From positions 68,882,001 through 68,946,000 of the forward strand of contig OZ241829.1 in assembly GCA_965202585.1 (NCBI GenBank): 64,000 nt of DNA, written 5' to 3'. Within the stretch, counting starts at the first letter, position 1, and each line of letters begins with the position of its first letter. The notes beneath the pieces are model-generated. The model saw nothing but the letters and a program-made list of their open reading frames with translations, was not told the origin of the DNA and searched no databases. Shown here piece after piece: positions 19,401-31,953 of this stretch. Source of the stretch: Thalia democratica (Eukaryota). The position numbers and the translations under genes were made by a program.

Positions 19401-22400
19401 TTTATAAACTTAAGTATTATCAAAAGAGATTTCAGTTCTGATTGAAACTTTGTTAAATAATAATTAATATAAGTTACTAGTATGGTAATTTAGGTTACCA
19501 AAAAAAATACTGGCAACAAGTAAGTCCAACCCGAGTCCCCGGATTTGAACAATGAATATTAAACCATGATACTATTGTTTTACACGTAAAATTTCGTATT
19601 TATTATTAAACTTCAGAGTAAACAAAGTAAACTAAAATGTGCCCTTGAAGGGTGCTAAAAGACCGTGAAACACAGTCATCAATCGCAGATATGTACTAGA
19701 GTTTTAATTAAAGGTCTTAATTTAAATTAATGTATTACAATTTTCTACTTTTTTGATTATATTTATTTTTTTGAAAGTTTCTATTTTTAGTTTATTAACA
19801 CAAGGCTACTATACTTTTCACTTGAAATAAGCTTAGAAAGAAGACAAAGCTGCTCATTTTACATAAACATTAACGCAAATATTGATATTTGAAAAAATTT
19901 CCATTCAAAAGCTGCATAGGTAGTTCAAATATACTTTTTAATACTTTTTTTTTGTTTAAAACAAACAGTAAAAAAGTACTTATTTAATGTTTTTATTATC
20001 AAAAGTTTTAATTTTTTTATTAAGCAAAATTTGGATTTATCAAGCTTTAATTAACTTTTATAACAAAGTACGTGTAAATTTTACTACTTTTTGTTATAAA
20101 ATGCTTATAAATATAAGTCATTTTTAAAATATTAATTTTGAGTCATAACGACAGTTAATTTAAAAGTACTTTTGGAAAATTTTTAAGTAAATAAGAGTTA
20201 AGGTTGTCATTTTTGCATATTGACAGTAAAAATCGACGTAATAAACTAATCCTTCTTTTTAAGATCAAACTAATAGTGCAGAAACTTAAAGTTTAAATTT
20301 TTCAGCGAAAAAACTAAAGATGGATGATAAGTATTGTCTTTTGCTTAATATCTAAAATATTAATAAGTTACTGATAAAAAGCGCAAACTAGTTAAAAGAA
20401 TCTATTTTGATAAAGACCGAATAAAGTACTAATAAATAATAACGATCTAGTTAGTATATTTTAATATGAATAAAATAGTATTTTAGTTCTGATGAAACTT
20501 TGTGACAGCGTAAATTTTATAAATGACTTGTATAGTATATCAAGTTAAGTATACTAATATTAAATATACTTATAATAAATATAATATAATAAAAATAAAG
20601 TTAAATATACTTAAATAAAATTGAGCAAAAAGTGACCCAAACAGCTAGTTTTCAACGCACAGACTTCAACCGCTACACTATCGTTCCACAGTCGCATATA
20701 CTAACTTTTAAAATATCAACTCAACTTTCTATTTTTTTTATCTTTTTATGTTCAAAACTTATTTGTTTTTTACTTAGCAATAATATACAAATGGACTATT
20801 GTTTGAACTGCTTTTAAAGTGATTATTTTTTCATCAACATGTTTGAAAAGTTTCTGTTAGATCGAAGTTTAAAACTTATACAGCTTTAATAGCCTTAGTT
20901 CTTAATATATTTTAGTCATTACGTTGCATAATAATTAAATTTAAGAGTAAACACAACTAACAAAAAATGTGTCCAATATGGGATTTGAACCTAGTACTAA
21001 ATGATTGTGTGATGCAGCTTCCTAACGCTGTGCTACGAGAACTTTTGATTCTGGTGCTTAATTTAATAGTATATATTATATTTTATATCTTTTTTGCTTA
21101 TTTTTATATCATATTTTTTAGTTTAATTAGTAATAAAGTATCTTCCTAATAAAGTATGCTTAGTAAATTTCAAAAAGTTTTATTGTCAACTACGGCAAAA
21201 GACAACGACGATGTTCAAATGTCAATCTTAGTAGGTTTGCTTTTTTAATAAAATAGTATTTTTGCGACTTAAAATGAACAAAGTTATATGGTTAATATTA
21301 AATATTAAGTGATAATCATCTAACAAGTATTGTTCAAGTAATCAACGTAAAAATTAATTTTAACAAGAAGGAAGAAAAGCATGGCACTACCAAGGTTCGA
21401 ACCCACTACGTCTGCAGTTCCAACCTGACGCTCTACCGACAGAGTCATTTGAGTTCTTATAATTGCTACTGATTTTGACTTTGTATACTTGATTATCTAA
21501 ATTTAAATGTTTTAAAAATATATTGCAAAAATAGCAAATTTATTTCGTTAATTGATTCTGAATAAGCTCATGCCAGTTTTAATACTTTGGATTTAACACT
21601 TTCTTTCATACGTTAGCTTTGTATAAAACTAAACGAACTACAACTGTTCAAAATTAATTAAGCTGTGTTTAATGTGTTGCTTTAACCTTAAAGTTTTATT
21701 CTATTTATAGTCAGAAAGAAAAATTATTTTAAATTCGTGAAGAATACTAGTTTTCGTAGTTTTTTCTCACTACTCAGCAATATACATCTAACTAGTTTAC
21801 TGTTCAGCTCTTCTTAAGTAAGGAAATACTACTTATTTATAACTTCATTTAAGTATATAAAGACAATATGAACAGTATTAAATGCAAAAAGAAAGTTTAT
21901 TCCTTATTGGGTTTTGGTTTAATGCGTTCGAGTCTTAAAAAAAACTTTTAGAATGTATTTGAAAATTGCAACGAAATTTAAAATGATGTGAACTAACTGA
22001 TATAATGACTTTTTAGGTTGCTAGTATTAGTGAAACTAAGCGATACTACAAAAAGAGAAAACAGATAGCTTTTAGAAATTTACAATTAAATGACACTTTT
22101 TGACCTTTTATCAAACAAGTATGTTGAACAAACGGTTTATAGGCTAAACGTAAACTAGATGAAACTATCAGTAAGTCAATAAGTTCATATAAATATCAAA
22201 CATACTTTTTTTTACACGAAAAGATACTACAATTTATTTTTATATCTTAGAAAATTACATGCTTTCAAAGTTATTTATCAAACATTTATTTTAGTTTTTA
22301 AGTAAGAAAATTAAAAACTAAACTTTGCTTATACTTTACTTTCTAGTAATAAATAGTAAAAACCATTTGATTTAAACTTAATTTAAAACAAATGTTATGA

Positions 22401-23072
22401 AATTCTTAGGTTTTTTAAGCTCAAACTAAACAAAAAGTATGCAGAATTTATCTGCATTTTGATTGAGTACACGTTTTATATTTTATTACTTGTTTTGTAT
22501 TAAAACTTAAAACGAATGTTCTTGAGACTTAACTTTTATTACATGCGGTATATCAAGTAAAATATGTATAAAACCGTTTACTTCAAAGTAGCTTCAAAGT
22601 AGTTGAGGTTCTAACTTGAAAAAAAAAATATCTACGTCCTGCATGATTAGGCATAAAATTAAAAATAAAAATTTTCAACCGCTGGGTGGCGCCACCTAGT
22701 CGAAGACTTCTCCAGAGATTGCACAATGGCCGTTCTAAAAAAATTTAAAATTAGAAAAATTTACTTGTTTTTTCACCACTTGGTGTCTCTGCGACCATAC
22801 CATCCCTATCCCCCACCCACCAACCCCTTACATTTAGCCTTGACTCATACTGAGCGAAACTTTCTTTTTCACTAAAATTAACTATGTACGTAATATACCC
22901 TTCCAAATGCGTTTTTTACTTTCAACTAAATTTTCTAATTTTTTGTTACTATGCAAACTGTATAAGTAAAAAAAAAACAAAACATTTTGTTATTGTACAA
23001 TAGTATATGTATTATAGATTTTATCATCCAGATAAAACAACTTTGTTAAACTAAGACTTTTTTATTGTTATT

Positions 23073-23195
23073 ATGTATTGTGAATATGAAGAAGGTGTTT
23101 GGGATGAGCAAGATGAAGACGCTGATGATGCTGAAAACTGTACAAGTGATAGAGATGATGGTCAAATAAGAAATCGTCAGTTTTCTCTGTTTTAA
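23073..23195 (+). pseudogene. Solo acidic-tail copy, unit 2
   Basis: Identical to the unit-1 solo tail. Confidence 0.8.
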
Positions 23196-23325
23196 ACAGC
23201 AACAACTTCTGATGTACTTGTGAAACTAAACGTTGTTTACTAGGTTAAGAAAATAATTTTTTGTGACATTTTCAGTTTTGTTAATTAGAGTTATTTAAGA
23301 ATTTTGCATGTGTGAGATTTTGTTT

Positions 23326-24071
23326 TACTACGGTGCTTGTTTACTTGGGCAATATGTTTCTGTAAATATGTGCGGATAAGTAAAATAAATCTTTCATTCT
23401 TTCAAATTATATAACTGCTGTATGCTGTGCAATCCGTATTATGTAATAAAAGTTCAGCTCCTCCTTTTGTGCTTTAAACTTCTCTTCACTTTTCAAAATG
23501 TCGTACAAAGTTGACCTGCCTATGCTAAACAGCTCCATTATAAAAAACTTTGGCATGTTGCTTTTTACCATTTTACAAGCTTCTAGTTTATTTTCAATGG
23601 TTAGTGCAACTAGTTTTCTTTTTTTGATGTCTTGTCCATTTCTAAGACCTAGTATATTAAGTGTTTCAAACTTATATAACTTTAAAATTTAAAAAAAAAT
23701 TGTTACTCATCGTAAACAAAAAGGGTTTGAATTAACAGCTTTCAAAATATAGTTGGAATTAAAAACTAACAAAAAAGGTCTGTTATATATTTAATTTCTA
23801 AAAAAACTTAGAGTTTAATCAACTACAAAAAAAACTTTAAAAGATTAAATTAAAAACTTTAAGTCATATTTCAAACATCATTGATTTAAACAAAATTTGA
23901 ATGTAAGCCTTAGAAGAATGGTTACGTCATAATAATGAACTAAATTAAAGACTTTATAAAATCACACAAATTTTTATACAGCATGAAAGCTTAAATGTTT
24001 GTGTTTAATTTTTTTTTTTGAATTTTCTTATTGACTAAAACTGTCCGGATAAGTGAATAAGCACTGTACTG
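23326..24071 (-). mobile_element. Tigger/pogo-like remnant, unit 2
   Basis: As in unit 1. Confidence 0.73.
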
Positions 24072-24987
24072 AAATTAACGTTTTTTTAACACCTTGTTCT
24101 TATTTACCAGGGTTTAAAAACAGATCGTATGAATTTTCAGCTTTGTTGGTACATTGATTTTTTGCTGTGTTTGTGTAACACCACAATTAAACATGTTTAA
24201 TATTTTGTTAGTTGTACAGTAGTATTTTAAAATTTTCATCATCCAGGTCAAAAATTGTTTGGTAAACTCACTTTTTTATTTATTTCATGTTTTGTTACAA
24301 GTTGTTAGATAAACAAAACACTAATATTTAATTATCTTTTCTTTGTTTTTCAAAAAAATACTTATATGTAAATAACTTTATACTCTTTTAACAGCTATAT
24401 GTTTTTTAATGTAATAATTTTTAGCTATTTGCTATCGTATTGAATAAGTTTTATATATTATATATGTTAATCTATCAAACAACTATCACTTATAACTTGT
24501 ATTTAAAATTTTTCTATTTTAATAATTTACTCTTGCTGTTATTAGTAAACATTTCTAATAAAAATTATAAAAATAATGTTAAGTTAATAAAAACAACAGT
24601 TTTAGAACAATACTTCTGCTTCAACTATTGTTTGAACAAGTAATGTTAACAACTAACTTTACTTCTAAACAAAATATTTTTTTTTAGTCTACCTACTTTT
24701 TTCTCATAACTTTTTCGAACTTTATTGTCTGAAACTCATGATACTTTTATGGTAAAATATTTTTACGTAGATGTTTATGTTAGTTGTAATAAGACTGCTA
24801 GTGCAAGTTATTGATATAAAAAAACAGTAGCATTCACGTTACTTTTATTTTATTCATAAAATGATGTTAAACATTAAGCTTTTCAAATATTCTTTTTAAC
24901 ACGTAAACACCAAAATAAATTTATCAACTTCTTTAATTGTTCATTATCTAACCAACAGATAAAAAAACAAACAAGGTAAATAAAATA

Positions 24988-26148
24988 ATGAAAAAAAGCT
25001 GCATCGCAACGCTGGGAGCTTACCTGCTCAGCAAAAAGACGAACTGCAACTTATTTCCGCAAGGTGTCCTCGCTCGCTCAGATGTAAGTGCCGTAGACGG
25101 CAACTGCGGTCCGCCCGCCAAGCTAGAACCGACGCTTGAGAACATCAGGGACAACCCCTTGAAAGTGAGGCTCTACCGCAAGCCCGCCATTAATATCAAT
25201 CAGCTGACATCGATGCTATTGCACGAGTGCACAGACGAGGACCGCCAGGAACCGTGGGACGTGGGAAGCTGGAACAAAGACTGGGACGGGCTGAATACCA
25301 TCCAACGCCCCAGTTATATGATGGATGATTATAGCAGACATCTGCACCTCCTCGCAAAGGAAGAAAGCGAAAACGGCGAGAGGACTGCCAGAGGCGCTGA
25401 TCAGGAAGCGGCGAACCGGAAGCGGGAGCAAATACAGAAAGGGGACTTCACATACCAAATGCACAATCCAAACGCGGTTCGAGAACGACCGGACGATTTT
25501 TACAAGGATGTGACGGGATTCCCGGTGAACCGGATGGACCCGCCGCATTCTGACGTCACAGTGCCGCGCGGCCACGACGCCAGAGCGGATTTTTGGGTGA
25601 TGGAGCACGCCTTCCGCAAAATTTGCTACCGTCACATTTTCGAAAGCGAAGAGACAACCCACTCAACAAGATATGACTATTACCTTTCCGTTCCAAAGAA
25701 TCTGGTTGCTTACATTGTGCAGAGGCTCATGCAGTTCCCGCCGGAAACCTTCGGCAGGTTCAGGATCAGCGACGGGTCGCACACCCACGTTAGTATCAAT
25801 TACAACGGGGTGCCACATGTTGTCATCATTGGAGAGACGAGTCACCTGCAAGATGAGTACATGGCCCGCAACCATGACTTCGACCGCGGATTGGCCGATA
25901 TTGGCCTGGACGTTCCTGTAGCTACAGACGAAGATCATGGCGGAGGAAGGCAAAACTCTCCTCAAAACGGGCATGGCCATGACGAAGGTCGCATGAATGA
26001 TTTCCAAGATGATTTAGATAATGATGATTCATATTGTGAAGAAGAAGGTTTTTGGGATGAGCAAGATGAAGACGCTGATGATGATGAAAACTGTACAAGT
26101 GATAGAGATGATGGTGAAATAAGAAACCGTCAGTTTTCTCTGTTTTAA
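24988..26148 (+). CDS. Paralogue A, unit 2 (386 aa)
   Basis: Identical to unit-1 A except a Q>E and a linked synonymous change in the tail. Confidence 0.88.
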   Translation: MKKSCIATLGAYLLSKKTNCNLFPQGVLARSDVSAVDGNCGPPAKLEPTLENIRDNPLKVRLYRKPAININQLTSMLLHECTDEDRQEPWDVGSWNKDWDGLNTIQRPSYMMDDYSRHLHLLAKEESENGERTARGADQEAANRKREQIQKGDFTYQMHNPNAVRERPDDFYKDVTGFPVNRMDPPHSDVTVPRGHDARADFWVMEHAFRKICYRHIFESEETTHSTRYDYYLSVPKNLVAYIVQRLMQFPPETFGRFRISDGSHTHVSINYNGVPHVVIIGETSHLQDEYMARNHDFDRGLADIGLDVPVATDEDHGGGRQNSPQNGHGHDEGRMNDFQDDLDNDDSYCEEEGFWDEQDEDADDDENCTSDRDDGEIRNRQFSLF

Positions 26149-27156
26149 ACAGCAAAAACTTCTGATGTATTGGTGAAACTGAACTTTGTTTACTAGGTTT
26201 TAAAAACAATTTTTTGTGACATTTTTAATTTTGTTAATGAGAGTGATTTAAGGATTTAGCATATGTGAGATTTTATTGCAGTACAGTGCTTATCCACTTA
26301 TTCACTAAAAAATACTAATTTCAAGCTCTGTTGGTTTTGTAATTTTTTTTATGTAAACACCATTTTTTATGTGTTTATGTAACACCATAACTAAGCATGT
26401 TTGACATTTTGTTATTGTACAATAGTATATGTATTATAATTTTTATTATCCAGATAAAACATACTTTGCTAACCTAAGACTTTTTTTAAAATTAGAAGAA
26501 GTTTTTCTAAAAAATAATTAAAATAACAAAAACGACTTTTAATATTTTACTTTTCCCTTTTAAAAAAGTATTCTTTGATATACAACTTGGACTCTTTTCA
26601 CAGCGGTATGTTTTATTTTAGTGTATTTTTTAGTTTTTTACTATCAATATTGTACAAAATCTGAGTTTTATTGATGTTAAATTTCACAACAGTCCTCATT
26701 AATAACTGTACTTAAAACTAGATAATTAGAAAATTTTTGATTAATAAAAAACTTTACTAATAAAAATTCATAAATACAGTGAAGAGTTAAAAAAAAACAA
26801 TTTAAAACAAAGTTTGTGCTACAACTAATTGTTTTAAAAGTAAAGTCAAAAAACTAACTTTACATTTAAATAAGACCGGTTTTAATTGATTATTTTTTTT
26901 CATCAGTTTTAAAAACATTATCATCTAAAACTCATGACATTTTTACTTCCTTGTTTATGTTAATTATAATAAGACTAGTAGACTAATTATTGATATAAAC
27001 AAACATATACTAGAATATAGGTTTTATTTTACTTATCGCATATATTTAACTTTAAACTTTTCAAACATTTTTTTGAACAAATAAAAACCAAACTAAAGCT
27101 TTTAACTTACTTATGCTCAAACCAACAGAAAAAAAACAAACAAACTAAATAAAATA

Positions 27157-28242
27157 ATGAAAAAGAGCTGCATTGCAACGCTGGGAGCTTACCTGCTCAG
27201 CAAAAAGACGGACTGCAACTTATTTCCGCAAGGTGTCCTCGCTCGCTCAGATGTAAGCGCCGGAGACGGCAACTACCCTCCGCCCCTGGAACCGAATGAT
27301 TTGAACATTAGGAAGCGCCCCTTCAATACGAGGCTCTACGGCGCACCAACGGCGCAGGAGAACGAGCAAATAACGGCCTTGAAAAACAATCCTTTCACAG
27401 AAAACGACCGCCAGGATGAACATCTGCTCGAAAGCAACTGGGACGGGCTGGAAGGTTTCCAAACCGAGCACGACTATGCGAAGTGGATGAGACTGCACCT
27501 GCACTTTTACGCGGTGGGAGATGCCGAAAACGAAACTAGGAGATCAGATCAAACGAATGCCAGGCAGAGTTTTGTAAGGGATCTTTCTGATGGCAGGTTG
27601 CAAAATTACCGCAACACTTTTGAGCGCAAATGGTTCCCGGTGAGCCGGTTGGACCCGCCGCATTCTGACGTCACAGTGCCGCGCAGCCACGACGCCATAG
27701 CGGACTTTTGGGAGATGGAGCACGCCTTCCGCAAAGTTTGCCATCGGTTCATTTTAAACGGAACATTTCAGTTTCGGAGCGCCCGTGAAGCAAACGGGAA
27801 GAAAGTGACAAAAGGTCCGGAGACAGTTGAACACTGGATTCACATGCCCAAGAACCTGATCGCCTACTTCGTGCAGCGGGTGTTGCAGTTCCCCCCGGAA
27901 ACCTTCGGCAGGTTCAGGATCAGCGACGGCTCCCACACGCACTTTTTCATCGACTACAACGGAACACCGAGATTTTATGTCGTTGGAGAGACGAGCTACC
28001 TGCATAAAGAGTACGAAAGAGTCCGTCGTGATTTCGATCGTGGATCGGGCGATATTGGCTTAGACGTTCCCGCCGCTAAAGAAGAAGATCTTGGCGCGGG
28101 AGACTCTCCTCAAATCGGGTCTGACAAAAATTGTGAATATGAAGAAGGTGATTGGGAAGATGAAGACGCTGATGATGATGAAAGCTGTACGAATGATAGA
28201 GATGATGGTGAAACAAGAAATCGTCAGTTTTCTCTGTTTTAG
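27157..28242 (+). CDS. Paralogue B, unit 2 (361 aa)
   Basis: Protein identical to unit-1 B. Confidence 0.88.
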   Translation: MKKSCIATLGAYLLSKKTDCNLFPQGVLARSDVSAGDGNYPPPLEPNDLNIRKRPFNTRLYGAPTAQENEQITALKNNPFTENDRQDEHLLESNWDGLEGFQTEHDYAKWMRLHLHFYAVGDAENETRRSDQTNARQSFVRDLSDGRLQNYRNTFERKWFPVSRLDPPHSDVTVPRSHDAIADFWEMEHAFRKVCHRFILNGTFQFRSAREANGKKVTKGPETVEHWIHMPKNLIAYFVQRVLQFPPETFGRFRISDGSHTHFFIDYNGTPRFYVVGETSYLHKEYERVRRDFDRGSGDIGLDVPAAKEEDLGAGDSPQIGSDKNCEYEEGDWEDEDADDDESCTNDRDDGETRNRQFSLF

Positions 28243-29028
28243 GAAGTCACAACTTCTGATGTATTTGTGGTACTGTGCATTTTGTTAACAAAGTTTTCAG
28301 AACTGTTGTATGACTTTATTTGTTTTGTTGATGAAAGTTGTATTTTGTTCTAATTGAGAGCTTAAAAGAACTGTTAAATTTATATGTCTAACGTTGTTTG
28401 TTTTGCAAAACATTTGTGCGTTTTCTGTCGTACCGACAACAAAACATAATAAAAACTAGTAAAGTTAATGTAGCTTTAGATTTTTGCTTTAAATTTCTAT
28501 GTTAATTTGTAATGAATAATTTAAATTTAAAAAGTTATGGACGTTTACAAACTGACACTAAATTTATCTATATTATATACCCAACACATATCACTTTAAA
28601 TTTTGGTTTTCTAATTAGTAAGCACCAAAATATAGCTTTTAACTTACGATAGTGTTCAATACTTACCATAGTTTAACCAAGAAACAGTTAGGAAAAATAG
28701 TATGTATATAAAATAAGCTGTAACATAAAGTTGTTGTTAATTTGAAAAATGTTTAAGCTACATATCTGTGTTTAAGTTATTAAGCTTTACCATTAATTCA
28801 AAGCAACGCCAGTTTAAGTTAGATCACTAGTTCTCCATAACAGCTATGATATTTATTACTTTTAAAAACCGTGAGTTGCTAAAATCTTTTATTAAAAAAC
28901 TCGTTTTTTCATAAATGCAATAAACATTTAAGTGTATATTAACTCTTTAAAGTTTAAATAACTTATAAAAAAATTGATAGGATAACACTATAATAATCAC
29001 GGTAGAACAAACAAACAAAATAAATAAA

Positions 29029-30114
29029 ATGATGAAAAAGAGCTGCATTGCAACGCTGGGAGCTTACCTGCTCAGCAAAAAGATGGACTGCAACTTATTT
29101 CCGCAAGGTGTCCTCGCTCGCTCAGATGTAAGCGCCGGAGACGGCAACTACCCTCCGCCCCTGGAACCGAACGATTTGAACATTAGGAAGCGCCCCTTCA
29201 ATACGAGGCTCTACGGCGCACCAACGGCGCAGGAGAACGAGCAAATAACGGCCTTGAACAACAACCCTTTCGCAGAAAACGACCGCCAGAATGAACATCT
29301 GCTCGAAAGCAACTGGGACGGACTGGAAGGCTTCCAAACCGAGCACGCCCATGGAAGGTCGATGAGACTGCACCTGCACTTTTACGCAAAGGAAGATGCC
29401 GAAAACAACACTAGGAGGTTTGATCAAACGAATGCCAGGCAGAGAATAATAAGGGGTCCCCTTAACACGCTGAAAAACTACGGCGACATCTTTGCGCGCT
29501 ACAGGTTTCCGGTGAGCCGGTTGGACCCGCCGCATTCTGACGTCACAGTGCCGCGAGGCCACGACGTCATAGCAGAATTTTGGGAGATGGAGCACGCCTT
29601 CCGCAAAGTTTGCCATAGGTTCATCTTAAACGGACAATTTGAGTGGCGGAAAGTTCGTGAAGAAAATGGAAAGAAAAAAACAAAAGGTCCGGAGACAGTT
29701 GAACACTGGCATAACATGCCCAAGAACCTGATCGCCTACTTCGTGCAGCGGGTGTTGCAGTTCCCGCCGGAAACATTCGGCAGGTTCAGGATCAGCGACG
29801 GCTCCCACACGCACTTTTACATCGACTACAACGGAAGACCGAATTTTTCGGTCATTGGTGAGACGAGCCACCTGCATAAAGAGTACGAAAGAGGCCGTCG
29901 TGATTTCGATCGTGGATCGGGCGATATTGGTTTGGACGTTCCCGCCGCTAAAGAAGAAGATCTTGGCGCGGGAGACTCTCCTCAAATCGGGTCTGACAAA
30001 AATTGTGAATATGAAGAAGGTGATTGGGAAGATGAAGACGCTGATGATGATGAAAACTGTACGAATGATAGAGACGATGGTGAAATAAAAAATCGTCAGT
30101 TTTCTCTGTTTTAA
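29029..30114 (+). CDS. Paralogue C, unit 2 (361 aa)
   Basis: Protein identical to unit-1 C. Confidence 0.88.
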   Translation: MMKKSCIATLGAYLLSKKMDCNLFPQGVLARSDVSAGDGNYPPPLEPNDLNIRKRPFNTRLYGAPTAQENEQITALNNNPFAENDRQNEHLLESNWDGLEGFQTEHAHGRSMRLHLHFYAKEDAENNTRRFDQTNARQRIIRGPLNTLKNYGDIFARYRFPVSRLDPPHSDVTVPRGHDVIAEFWEMEHAFRKVCHRFILNGQFEWRKVREENGKKKTKGPETVEHWHNMPKNLIAYFVQRVLQFPPETFGRFRISDGSHTHFYIDYNGRPNFSVIGETSHLHKEYERGRRDFDRGSGDIGLDVPAAKEEDLGAGDSPQIGSDKNCEYEEGDWEDEDADDDENCTNDRDDGEIKNRQFSLF

Positions 30115-31403
30115 GAAGTAACAACTTCTTATGTATTCATGTAACTGAACGTTTTGTTTACAAAGTTTTCAGAACTGTTTGTATGACTTTATTTGTTTTT
30201 TTGATAAGAGTGCTATTTTGCTTTGCTTAAGTGAAATGTTAGATTAATATGTCTAACATTGTTGGTTTAACAAAACGTTTGTGTTTATTGTTTTCTGTTA
30301 CACAGACAACAAAACATGTTTAATGTAGCTTTAGATTTTTGCTTTAAATTTAAGTATAATTGTAACAAAAAATTTAAATTTTAAATGTTAAGGACGTTTA
30401 CAAACTTTAGCACTATATTTCTTTTATATACTAAACATATACCGTTTTAAATCTTGGTTTTCTAATTAGTAAGCATTAAAATAAACCTTGTAACTTACGA
30501 TATATTTTAATACTTTTTAGAATTTAACCAAAAAACTGCTTTGAAAAATAAATTGTATATAAAACAAGCTCTAACATAAAATTGTTGTTATTTAAAAAAA
30601 GTTTTGTGCTACCGATCGGTGTTTAAGTTATTAAGCTAACAATTAACTTACAACAAAGCCAGTTTAAGTTAGAATGTTAATTCATGATAACAAATATTAA
30701 AATAATGATTTTCAAAATTGTTTATACTTTGCTAAAACATTTAATTAAAAAGGTTTTTTCTTAATTTAAACAAAGCTTTAAATTTATATTAACTCTCTTA
30801 AGTTTAGATAAATTAGAAAAAAAAAATGTTATGATTACACTATAACAATGACCACAAAAACTTTCGTTTGTTTCCAAAGTTAAAACTTTCAACAACTTAT
30901 ATTTGTTCTGATCTAAAAAGCTTTTTCTTTGATAAGTTTTTTTTCGTTTGAACAAATAATTCCTCTTTGATTCCTTATTGTTATTTAAACATACAACCTT
31001 AAGTTTAAAACAAAAAAAGTGAAAAATTTCACTAAAAGTACAAACACCGTTTTATTGAACGCTTGTCAGAAAACATTAAAGAGTAAAAATATAAATTAAA
31101 GCAAAAACTCAATCATACTTCTAAAGTAAGTAATCGTAATTTAATTAAAAATAGCATTGTCGTGCACCATAGCTTAGTTTGAATTCATAAAAAAAATATG
31201 AATTAAATATCAAAAGGTAGAATTTGTATAAAATCTCTAAATCAACAACTAGAAAGGTTGTTTTTTTTATTTTTTGTTTCTCAGCTAAAACCTTAGCTTA
31301 AAGGATAGTTTGAATTAAATTTGTAATCATAAGACTATTCTCAGAAGGTAAAGTTTGGATATAAGTTTTTTAACTAATCAAATATATAACTTTTTCCTTC
31401 TTC

Positions 31404-31953
31404 CTAGCTACAACAGGGTTTTCCGGCCATCATATTTTCAGCAAAATACACCGGGAGATTTATTACTGCAAAAATAATTTATAAGCAAAATACACAGGAA
31501 ATTTTATCAATGCAAAAGAAACAGTTATAAGATTATTGTGTTTTCGATAAACTTTGTAATAAAATAGCTTTATTGCGTTTATAAATTTCTCAGCATAAAG
31601 TGCAATAAATGAATTTTATTTTAAGTAAGTTACGCTAAGTTAATAAAAGATTTAATTAAATATTCTAAGTAATTTCAATTATCAAAATTAGAAATCATAA
31701 ATGCTCAGTAAGTCATGTTTAAATAAGTAAGTATATATTGAGTCAACTTTATATTAACAAAACAAACGGCATATAAGTTTAATTCAACAATAAAACCTCT
31801 CTCTTGCATCTGGGACCACTTGGCGCAACACTCAATGAACACGGTGAACGGCAGGACTATTATGTAGACCGTGGACACGAACGCCGCCAGTGGCCAGCCA
31901 ATTACCAGAAGGCCCAACAACCACAACACTGACCACCCGTTCAAGTTTGCCAT
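31404..31953 (-). CDS. Small membrane protein gene, unit 2 (exon1 31797-31953, exon2 31404-31465)
   Basis: Same as the unit-1 copy. Confidence 0.82.
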